A DNA stretch of 64,000 bases from Tubulanus polymorphus (lineage: Eukaryota > Animalia > Nemertea): positions 17,508,560 through 17,572,559 of the forward strand of contig NC_134027.1 in assembly GCF_964204645.1 (NCBI RefSeq), in the 5' to 3' direction. The translations under genes were made by a program, and so were the position numbers. Position 1 is the first letter of the stretch; each line of letters begins with the position of its first letter. Shown here one piece after another: positions 39,361 to 49,852 of this stretch. Under the pieces are notes generated by a model. That model ran no database searches. It saw nothing but the letters and a program-made list of their open reading frames with translations, and was not told where the DNA came from.

Positions 39361-40077
39361 AAATATTTCCCTAAATTATTAGAAAATGCCGATAGTAAGA
39401 CCGTGGGAAAGTTTTTATCGTTGAATGGGCGAATCATGGTGGCAGAGTGCACCTGTGATAAGGCGGAAATAGTTCCATGTGAAGGCGAAGCTTTTAAATG
39501 ATTAGACATTCGGAGGTGGTTTATCAACTTTTTTCAACTATAGTGCTGCTATTTTCCCAATCAACTTGCTAGATTTCGATCGTTTCTCATAAGTCAACAC
39601 TTGTTATTCAAGTGTGATTTTGATGTGTGTAGAGATACATCGTGACTAGCGTATTGAATGGCGGCGCCATGTTTAAGCTGCGCGTTGATCGTTGAATAGT
39701 GGAAATATAGGGTGGAATTATCTTGATTTTATCCATACGAAGCTTATTAAAGGTTAGTGTCAACAAATGGTCCATTACAGTCGCTCTAATTTATGTGGAA
39801 AGACGCTCTTAACCGGCAAAACCATGTTCTGTTTCATGTTATCGTTGGCCTACGTGACTGATCTTGCTTGAGCGTTCGCTGCCGGCGCGCCGCTTCAAAG
39901 TTATAAATAAAGTACTGTATAAACTGTATAACTGATTGTTAATGACATACAACAAATAAACCTTTAAAGAAAGGTACCCAGTGTCTGACATTCTACTGAA
40001 AAATTCCGGATTCATTCACCGCATAGTTTTTTCTTAGTGAGCATTTTAGTATATGAATCAATTAAGATGATTGACAG
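39361..40077. repeat. Unclassified dispersed repeat (copy 2, uninterrupted)
   Basis: Colinear with 872-1526 plus 2182-2211. Confidence 0.85.
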
Positions 40078-41075
40078 ACGCGGGTGCGGTTGTATCAGCT
40101 GTTGAATACGTTCGATGTAAACAATAATTTTAACCACGTGCGCGATGAAAACAGAGATATCAAACTAACAGGGATGAGAATTCCCCGTGGTTTACCGCGG
40201 ATTTCGGTATTGAAAAATATCAATTTTCCAAATAGTCCAAAAATGATGTAAAAGTATGGGGGGGTTGATGATCTCACTCAAATGGTCCGGCGCGATCGGT
40301 AATCAGGTGAACCATAAAAACGTTCAGTGCCTGTTTCACTTATCGTCGTGTAAAAGTATCGCATTGCAATGCATATTGTTCATTGCAACACAGTGATTTT
40401 GTATCTACATTTGTACTACGATGAGTGTGTATGTATTTTATCGATTGGTTGCAGACAGGCGCGCGCGCAGCAACAGTAGTAATGTATATAGGCCTACTTT
40501 CTGCTGCCGCGCGTGTGTGGTGAACACCTTCCGATATTATACACTATGGGTGATGATTTTTAGTGAGCATTCATTGGCGCATTTTAACTGCAATAATTCA
40601 GGGCTCGACCCGCAATGCATGAGATGCTGCACGTCATCGAATGAGGATGTACCACATTGGAACTAGCCATTACCTTCCAAAATAATAGTCGTTCATGGGT
40701 TCAAGATCGCTCTAAGTGAAAACGCTTTAAATTTCTAAAATTTCCTTGGGGGAAGACCCCCAAACCTGCCAAAATAGCTTTGCGCCTTCGGCGCTTGCGA
40801 GTGCTGATGGCTTAGCCGTCAGCTGGTTCGCATGTGTAACTCAAGAAAACAAAAAAACCGCGGATTTTATAGGTCGGCGTTCTCATCTCTGAACTAAGAA
40901 GCACTGAATTTCTTAATTACATGTGATTTGAATAAGCGTATGTGCTGGTTTTTCAAAAAGTCGAATCTTAAAGGCCCATTGGTATGATCAGTAGATAACC
41001 GGGTGGTAACAAGAGAAATCCCACAATAAGTTCAGCCAAAACGAGAAACTTAAATAGAAGAGTTATATATATTTG

Positions 41076-41115
41076 CGCAACGTTTCGGCTAAAGACTATT
41101 AGCCATCATCAGGCG
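41076..41115 (-). ncRNA. Hammerhead ribozyme motif, inverted copy
   Basis: Reverse complement of 44171-44210. Confidence 0.8.
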
Positions 41116-41817
41116 TACTGAGTACAGGAGAATATTACAAGATATTTATACAAGACCAAAACAATAGAAGCAGAGTGAGTGATTAAAATATTGAAAGGGG
41201 AATAGATTAAAGTAATGACATAACAACTAGAAAACAATGCTAAAGTAAGCAAGGCAAACTAGGGGCAATGTAGATTAAAGTAATTAATAAACAAAGACAC
41301 AAGCTAAAGTGATTAAAACGGGAGGACAAGCTAAGGGGTAATCAAATAAAACAAAGAGAAGGAACATGAAAGGCGATAATCAGTGAGTGAGTGGAAACAA
41401 GCAAACTATGATAAAGGCAAAACAATGGAGGGAATTAGTATAACGGGGGTACAAGAGAAGCGAGAAATTTGGAGATCAAAATGTTGTGGGGGGAGAAACC
41501 GTTATTCAAATTAACACAATTTTCCAAGTTTTCAATAATCAGGGCCGATTCCATAATGTGTCGTTTAATCTTTTCTGAACAGGGGAAAATTATGGAGGCA
41601 TTTTCAAAATCAAAATTGTGGCTGGTTTCGTATACGTGATTAGCAACACCGCTTTCAGGCTTAAAATTCTTTACATCATTCTTATGTTCACGAATGCGCT
41701 TGTGTAAATCGCGTCCGGTTTCGCCGATATATATTCTTCAGATCTCGGCAAGCGCACAATTACCTCAGATCTCAACTTCCGGACCCGCATCTCTTCAACT
41801 TACTCAGCTCTATCGTT

Positions 41818-43851
41818 ATGGACTCCGGTAACCGTCATTTTTCTGACAATTCTTGTAAACTTAATTCGAAACTTCAACAGCTCATTATTCTTAGTCCTTG
41901 GACTAAGTTTAGCAACACGGACATTATTGTGAATCTCTCCTCCGTTTCGCTCACGTTGTATCAACTTCAACTCCTTGGCTTCGGTTTGAACTTTTCTTTA
42001 CCTCACCGCAAGACGAACATCCTGGATTTTATGTCGGAATTAGAACAGCGCAAGACATCTTCCTCGAATTTTGACTACAATTTTATGTTTATGAACTTAC
42101 AAACTATTTGTGATAACCTCCGTTATAATTACTCAGAATTTTTACCTCGTCGTTTCAGGATTGCCCTCTCTGAACTTAGAAAACTAGACTCTGTTCGTAT
42201 TTCAAAAGCTGATAAAGGTGGCAAAATTGTTCTCTTAGATATCTGTGATTATAATCAAAAAATGTTCTCCCTTCTTGGTGACTCTAATGTTTATAAACCA
42301 TTGAAATCCAACCCTCTCTCACGTATGCAAGCTTCATTCAATAAGAATCTGTCTGGTATTATCCAACGGTTTCCGGACTCTAAAGATATTCTTTCGAAAT
42401 TTCAATCACGTCTACCCTCCCTACCTTATATCTATGGGCTCCCCAAAATCCATAAGAAAGATGTTCCGCTGCGCCCCATTGTATCTAATTGTAATTCGCC
42501 CTCTTATCGTTTATCCAAATTTCTGGCTAAACAATTATCACCGGCTCTTGGTTCTTTCTCCGCCTCGCATTTACGACACAACCAAGATTTATTAGAACGG
42601 TTAAAAAACATTATTCCTGGTAACGATAGATTCATTTCGTTTGATGCTAGTTCTCTTTTTACCAATGTTCCTCTTAGGCCTACCCTTGATTTTCTTAAAC
42701 GGAAACTTCCTTCGTTGGATTTCAATTTTGACATTCCTACTGATTGTATTATCGAATTAATTGAACTTTGCACCCAGAACTCCTTTTTTAGTTTCAACAA
42801 TTCATATTTCGAACAGGTTTTTGGCATGGCTATGGGGAACCCGCTTAGTCCCATTTTAGCAAATCTTTTCCTGGAACACGTTGAAACCGAATTACTACCT
42901 CTTTACACAGATACTCTCCCTTAACTTTGGTTACGATACGTTGATGATATTCTTGCCCTTATACCTTTTGACTTTGATATTGATCAATTTCTCACATTTA
43001 TTAACTCTTTTTATCCCTCCTTGAACTTCACATTTGAATTGGAAGTTGATGGGAAAATCCCTTTCCTTGATGTTTGTATACACAATTGTTTGTCTTGTCT
43101 AAAATTCTCGGTTTATAGGAAACCTACCCACTCTGGAACATACCTACATTATTTCTCCTTCACCGCTCATAACATTAAACTTAGTGTTGCCCAAAGCTTA
43201 TTCCTTCGCGCATTAAGGATTTGTGACCCCCTTTTCTTGGATGATGAACTAACCCAGATCAAGACCTCTCTTAATAAATTAGCTTACCCCGACGACATTT
43301 TGAATAAAGCTCTCTTGAGAGCCCGTCGTTCACATTTCAGTCACTCTCAAGGGACCCGCGCGCGTAAACAGCCTATTATTGTACCTTTTGTTCCTTTTCT
43401 GGAAAAATCTAAAACTCCCCTCCATCTCTTAAACAAACAACTCATTTTTACTTATAACAACAAACTTAGTCGTAATCTTACTCATAACTCCCCCAAAATT
43501 GAACCCCTGAACATTGGTGTATATAAAATTCCCTGTAAAGTGTGTAACAAAATATATATCGGCGAAACCGGACGCGATTTACACAAGCGCATTCGTGAAC
43601 ATAAGAATGATGTAAAGAATTTTAAGCCTGAAAGCGGTGTTGCTAATCACGTATACGAAACCAGCCACAATTTTGATTTTGAAAATGCCTCCATAATTTT
43701 CCCCTGTTCAGAAAAGATTAAACGACACATTATGGAATCGGCCCTGATTATTGAAAACTTGGAAAATTGTGTTAATTTGAATAACGGTTTCTCCCCCCAC
43801 AACATTTTGATCTCCAAATTTCTCGCTTCTCTTGTACCCCCGTTATACTAA
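41818..43851 (+). pseudogene. Penelope RT and GIY-YIG endonuclease ORF, 5'-truncated, with one in-frame stop at 42922-42924
   Basis: ORFs 41818..42924 and 43021..43851 share a frame: LP*LWLRYVDD; KADKGG, GMAMGNPLSP, GVYKIPCKVCNKIYIGETGR. Confidence 0.95.
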
Positions 43852-44170
43852 TTCCCTCCATTGTTTTGCCTTTATCATAGTTTGCTTGTTTCCACTCACT
43901 CACTGATTATCGCCTTTCATGTTCCTTCTCTTTGTTTTATTTGATTACCCCTTAGCTTGTCCTCCCGTTTTAATCACTTTAGCTTGTGTCTTTGTTTATT
44001 AATTACTTTAATCTACATTGCCCCTAGTTTGCCTTGCTTACTTTAGCATTGTTTTCTAGTTGTTATGTCATTACTTTAATCTATTCCCCTTTCAATATTT
44101 TAATCACTCACTCTGCTTCTATTGTTTTGGTCTTGTATAAATATCTTGTAATATTCTCCTGTACTCAGTA

Positions 44171-44210
44171 CGCCTGATGATGGCTAATAGTCTTTAGCCG
44201 AAACGTTGCG
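44171..44210 (+). ncRNA. Minimal hammerhead ribozyme motif in the Penelope pseudo-LTR
   Basis: cgc-CTGATGA-t-GGCTAA-tagtct-TTAGCC-GAAA-cgtt-gcg; palindromic aacgtt stem III. Confidence 0.82.
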
Positions 44211-44521
44211 CAAATATATATAACTCTTCTATTTAAGTTTCTCGTTTTGGCTGAACTTATTGTGGGATTTCTCTTGTTATCTTCTTACACGGATATTGTG
44301 TATCTTCTCGTCTCAACCGGGTGGTAAGCACTTGAGATTCTGCACAGTCGGCACCTCCCACTACAGCTGAGGCAGTGTGATGCTGTAGTGTTTGTTTATA
44401 CTTCCACTTGAGCTCATGCTAATAAACTGTCATGGCCAATTTAAATTGCTCACGTTATATCAGACTAAGAGAATTAAAGAATAGAATTACCGTAATCAAG
44501 TTTCAACCATTTTTTTTAACA

Positions 44522-46139
44522 CTAATACTGACAATCATAATCCGAGAATAGTTTGTCTATGTATAAATTCCATATATTTCTCTGATAGTTAAATGTGCAA
44601 CTCTTGTATGTTTTCTTCTGTTTTTTTACGGTTTTTACTGTCTCCTGGCCGAGTTCTGATACTGGTGTAAGCTCGGTCAACGTTTTCATTCCAGTGGCAA
44701 ACAGCAAAATTTGCTCTCATGTTGTATTGTTCATCGCTGAATGATATGCGTTTGTCCTGAAACAAGTTCATCACATTGTTGAAGGATTCGACATAAAACG
44801 AGTCCCTACAGTAGATGAAGCATTCTGGATGTTTGTACAAATAAGTACCGCGGATAACATTTCTCAACAGATTTTCCGCCACTGTCGACGTAATGACCAC
44901 CATTGATGGTTCGTAATATGGATCTGTCTTGCAGCGCGATTCTGTACTACAGTTTTGATGTTCATTTTTATAATGATCTACGAGATTATCCAAGTTGACT
45001 CTGAGTTTTTTTTGGATCCTGATTACAATTCCGGATAGCCCACTGCATGTGGGTTCCAATTGCTTTTGACTTATCTTGGAGTTGCTCGTGCCAAGTTTTT
45101 CCATGGTTTTTCTTAGCACCGGCTGACACTTTTTCAATCCTTCTCAAGGCATTTTTTATTTCGTGCCACGTATCATTTTGGTTTGTAGCCCCTTGATCTC
45201 TCACGAATTTATTGACTGATGCACTATTATCATGGCTATGAATTCCGATCTGCAAACCTTTGTTGTCTTTTGTTTATCTAATGTACTCGTAGATACGCTC
45301 TGTACCTAAACGCTCGTGACGCTGTGACACTAGATCATCCGATTTGGTGACATGTTCACAGCGCAAAACTTTGTGACTTTTTTCACCAACTGCCACAACA
45401 CTGCTGTCTTGGCATTTTTGCGCCACCCGTGCCGTGCGTCAGTCATTATATTGATGGTGCCCGGGTTCTCATACATTGCGATCTCTTCTAAAAGAGCAGT
45501 TTCAATACTTTTATCATGTTCTTCTTGAACGGCATCTACGTAACTATTTTGAATTTTTTTCAATCTTTCTGTCGAAATTTTGCCGATACCACTGCCTTCC
45601 GTAAGACGTTGATAGGCTACGTATATCATCCCTGAAGCGAGTAATCCATGTGCCAGTCGAGCGTTCACTAAGAATTCGCCATTTGGGAGATAAGATGATG
45701 ATGACCATGACAATGAATGGAATTTTCGTGTCCGTTGACAATGCAGATTTACTCGTGCAACATGTCCAGTGTAGTGTATCTTTTTGATCTGCATCGGGCA
45801 GTCACAATAGCGCCAATGTAGGCTTGCCATCTCAATCAATTTCATTACTGCAGATTCACAAGTAACCATTAATTTTTGATCGACGTCACACTTGTCTGTG
45901 TTCACATAGTTTGCTATATCAATGTTGACAGTATCTGGCGAATTGTGTGCAAGCCAGTAATCCAAAATATTTTCCATTACTGTAGCATTACTGGCTAATC
46001 TAGTCGTTTGCTTCAACATAATATCCTTCACTTTCTTGATTTTCTCTAAAATGTTCTTTTTCACGGTATCATCTCCAGATATTTCGAGTTTAAAACTTTT
46101 CGATCGCCTTCTTTTTGCAGAATCCCCAGTATTCTCCAT
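44522..46139 (-). pseudogene. Kolobok-type DDE transposase disrupted by frameshifts and a stop
   Basis: Joined frames: TDARHGWRKNAK, HSHDNSAS, NDTWH, HYKNEHQNC, YVESFNN..QDKR, HWNEN, KKTYK..TFNY. Confidence 0.8.
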
Positions 46140-46423
46140 TTTGAAAAAACAGGTCACAGAAATTGAAATGTCGGTTGTCTTTGCTTTGAGTGAACGTAAA
46201 CGACTGAATAGGCACAAAATCCACTATCTCTAGATTTCAGTTAGAAAAACTATGGACTCGGTCATGGACTAATTGTAAAATGCTATTTAGGGAACTTTGC
46301 GTATTATGTGCTGTTGCTATGTCACTGGCCTGTAATTTCAGTATGGGTGCATATAGTCAGTGTGCATGGTAACTGCTCCTTCTAAGTTAGTTTATTGCTC
46401 AAGTTCTTAAGTAAATTCATATA

Positions 46424-46969
46424 ATGGCAGGATCCAGTGAAGAAAATGATTATATGGAGACAGAAAATAACGGAAATGGCTCACAGAAGCGTAAATTTGC
46501 TATAATGGTGACACCAGAACAAGAAGAATGTATACGTCATTTCATCAATTTCAACTGCTGGGATTTTGATGAAGTACTATCCTCCGAAAATGAATGCGAT
46601 GATGATGAATATACAATCTTTCTCATCGAGCAAGACCAGTCTGCCTTAGAATGTGAAGACTGTTATTGTCGGCCGTGTGTAACTGACGAAAGTCATCGAC
46701 AAATGTGGTGGGAATGTGAGCCCGGAATCCCTGATGAATCAAATCATCGCCCGAGAAAAATCGCGTATAGAAAGTTCTGGACCATGTTGTTCCACCGGGA
46801 TGCATTTGCAGACAATCAATACAAGGCGAAAAAACTGGATGCTTTAGAAAATCATAAAATTGCTGTTTGGCATCGGAGAGATATGTTACCGGACTGTGTG
46901 CTGAAATGTGTACGATCATGGTATCCAAATTTAGCTGATCAACCATATATGGGACACAAGTGGAAGTAA
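46424..46969 (+). CDS. KolX-like protein (Cys-rich, similar to the P2X7 cytoplasmic ballast domain), 181 aa, intact
   Basis: CxxCxCxPC cluster, RKIAYRKF, R..LPDCVLKCVRSWYP....YMG; AATAAA at 47039-47044. Confidence 0.8.
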   Translation: MAGSSEENDYMETENNGNGSQKRKFAIMVTPEQEECIRHFINFNCWDFDEVLSSENECDDDEYTIFLIEQDQSALECEDCYCRPCVTDESHRQMWWECEPGIPDESNHRPRKIAYRKFWTMLFHRDAFADNQYKAKKLDALENHKIAVWHRRDMLPDCVLKCVRSWYPNLADQPYMGHKWK

Positions 46970-47645
46970 ATTATCTTATAATCACAGTTTGGAAATTATT
47001 TCTGTTCTAGTAGTTTACATGAATTGGATTAGTTATTCAATAAAATAGTTTCAAGGTATGTCACAACTCTTTCTATGGAATGCTGTATGGATCATTTTAT
47101 AGGCTAGTATCCAGATATTCATATCATATTTGGTACCGTTAAAAAGCTCACAAGACGATGGATCTATCTAAAGCATTTCCATCGTTATTTTGTGTTTGCT
47201 AAAAAAAGTTTAATCTTTACTATAATATTTGCCTGATAGATCACATTACATCATATGGAGAACCACTTGAGGCGATGACAGGTTTGTTTATCAAGACACT
47301 GATAACAACAACTGATGAACTCTGGCTCAGCAACGGAAACCAACTCTAGTGGGAGGAGCTTTATGTCAATCAGTGGTTCAAAATATCAGTAAATCCAACT
47401 TTAAAATTCAAATTTTTGGCTGATTGGCTGCATTTGAGGTAGAAATGACATTGGATAACGCCTCCCATAACATTCATTTATCTATCTGACAAAAACCATG
47501 GTGAAAATCGACCTAGTTTTAGAGAAAACAAGGAAAATATGTACCCAAGCGCTGGAGCTCAGTTCTAACGGAATTGGTCACATGATATGGCATCCTCTGA
47601 CATTGATTGGGCTTTTATACTGCCAGTGGGCCTTTAATTGACTCC

Positions 47646-48367
47646 TATTACATAGGCCTAAGCCAGGACCTCTGGAATTGAATTGAATTTCGACACAGAA
47701 ATTTGCCTGTAATTTGCGATGAATCTTTTTGAAAATTAGCTTGAAGATTGGGTCTGGCGAGATGTCCACCCCTATTGTAAAAATATTGGTGATCAAATAT
47801 GGCTGCCATTTGGGTGGCCATCTTGAATTTCTTGTTTGCACGATGCAGCCCGCAATTCTTGTTGGATTTCCACAAAATTTGGTGTGAGAATCAAGGTCAA
47901 GCTGTCTATGCCTTTTGTATATGGAGGTCATCTGCCTTCAAATATGGCTGCCAGGTCAGCCATCTTGAATTTCTAGCACCAAATGGCCTGCAATTCTTGA
48001 TGCATTTTCAGCATACTAGGTGTAAGAATTTTGGTAGGTGAAATGTCTACCCCTTATTGAAAATTGAGTTCAACTATGGCCACCAGGGTTGCCATCCATC
48101 TTGGATTTCTTTTCAGCACGATGCCTAAACCAATTCTTGATGCATTTTTTCATGAAGTGTGATCTTTTGGGCAGCTAAAATGGGCTTGTCTTTTCATGTA
48201 AGGATATATTAACAGAAAATGAACATTATCGCCACATATCGCCTATACCTCTTAACTGTTTTAAAACTTGTTACATCGTTACAATGTAAATCATTTTGTA
48301 TAACTTTGAATACTGAATCATTCTTCTTCTATTGCATCATGAAGGTACAAGGCCCGTGGGCCTCTTG
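47646..48367 (+). mobile_element. Helentron/Helitron-like element H6 with internal tandem units
   Basis: Repeated atatggctgcca...gccatcttgaatttc; 3' hairpin aggccc-gt-gggcct then CTTG and ttt; a similar 3' end occurs at about 3631-3649. Confidence 0.55.
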
Positions 48368-48849
48368 TTTAAGACACTCTGTATTGTGATCAATTTTCTT
48401 GGACATTTTGAATTTTATTGGAATTTACCTGTAGAATGTAGTATGTTTATGTGTATCTGTAGTATGTTTATGTGACAGTCGAATCAGTACTGTCAGGGAT
48501 GATGTGATAGACTTGCTTTAATGTGTCCTTTTATGTTGTATATTGTATGCACAACTACGTATCGTACTACCATGGACTTCATTTTAGAGATATTTTATCT
48601 GAGTCCAACTGATGAAGTCAGACTTAATTGTATATTATGCACTCTTAATTCCAAATGGTCCAGGACTTCAGAAATTGACTGACATGTTCATATCCGATTA
48701 ACGCGTGCTCTACTGTATTCATTTATGTTTCATTCTGGTGTTGTATGTAGGTGGTGGATTATAGATGCATTACTTTCGAAAAAACTGATGCTGCACTAAT
48801 TCAAACTGATTGAAATCATCATCGGGTTTGAGTTTGATTGTATGGTTAA

Positions 48850-49475
48850 CCCTTAACCTGCCGGCAGCTTTAATGTTAAGTCCTGTGTGTGCCAGGTGAT
48901 TTGCGTGTTAATGAAATTTACTCATCGAATCCTCATAACTTCCAAACATTTCTATATTGGGCATTGAAACTTCACAAAGTTGTAGTTTATAGTCATAGCC
49001 ACGGGTTAATGGTGAAAAATTAAACTTCCGACTTTTGAAAGAGGGGATCCACTGGGTGGGGTCATTTTTGGGGGTCAAGCGCAAAACGACCTCCTAGAAA
49101 GTCAGAATACTCACAATTTCGTGTTACATTGTCGATATTCATAAATAAAGACTCTGTAGATTACTATATACATTGTAAAAACCTTTATTATTATTCTGAT
49201 TACAGTCTAAATGTTAAAATCTTCATTAAAATCCCAAAATATCGAATTTACGGGCCGTTTTTGAGGTCAAAATTCTTCAAAATGAGAAATTACTTCCGGG
49301 TTTGTATTCTCGAGTATCAGCAGTGCTGTGCGTTAAGAACTTCGTCTCAATGTGCTGCGAGGTGCTTGTGACATAAAAACAAACTTTAAAGGCGAGATAG
49401 GTCACGCTGTCAACTACAGTCGCCTACGGCAGTTCCCCAGTGTGTCGACTACAGTCGTCTAGGGCAAGTTAAGGG
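48850..49475 (+). mobile_element. piggyBac-like MITE P2 (intact copy)
   Basis: TTAA-cccttaacctgcc ... ggcaagttaaggg-TTAA. Confidence 0.88.
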
Positions 49476-49675
49476 TTAAACATGTCTACATCTTCTGGAA
49501 TTAAAAAAATGAAATTTTGGATGATTCATAGTACTTCTTGCAGATGTTGTCGAGTGGGTAATGATTATTGCAATCTTCATTGCATTATTATCCAGCTACT
49601 TCAACTCTTCTCAGTTGTCTTGTCCCCATTTACATGTCGTATATAAAATGATAATACCTTCTGTTTAATTTTTAG

Positions 49676-49852
49676 AGCCAAAACTGAAACTGCAAGTTAA
49701 AAAGGAATGTTATAGTGGTGGAGAACAATTGAATACTGGTAATGATGTGACAAACAAATACTTCAAAGAATCCAAAGGATTTTATGTTCGACTGTATGGC
49801 CTTGGAAAATCGGTTGTCTTGAAAATTGCAATAGCTAAGATTCAAACTCTAT
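49676..49852 (+). CDS. Host gene exon F: divergent CUB-like C-terminal half (LKLQVKKECYSGG...SKGFYVRLYG...LKIAIAKIQT)
   Basis: Acceptor tttaatttttag, donor CTAT|gtaagt, 177 nt open, phase 1-1. Confidence 0.7.

Larger units (their letters stand above)
41010..44314 (+). mobile_element. Young Penelope-like retroelement with inverted 5' pseudo-LTR
   Basis: 13-bp TSD aaccgggtggtaa at 40997-41009 and 44315-44327; 41007-41735 is the reverse complement of 43551-44279; about 35-nt 3' tail; RT plus GIY-YIG ORF. Confidence 0.95.
40972..47633. mobile_element. Kolobok-superfamily DNA transposon, about 3.3 kb after removing the nested Penelope
   Basis: TTAA at 40968-40971 and 47634-47637; TIRs aggcccattggta and tgccagtgggcct (11 of 13 match); divergent transposase and KolX-like ORFs. 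Confidence 0.85.

Noticed and set aside
42504-42854. Antisense ORFs over TE coding regions (also 53043..53483 and 46623..46946)
   Set aside because: These are shadow ORFs opposite real coding sequence, with no motifs.
46424-46969. Host P2X7 purinoceptor gene
   Set aside because: Only the ballast-like domain is present, with no channel or TM exons, and it lies inside TIRs.
40972-47633. KolobokP-type element with long terminal direct repeats
   Set aside because: I found no direct repeat between the two ends, and the second ORF is KolX-like rather than a His-Me nuclease.
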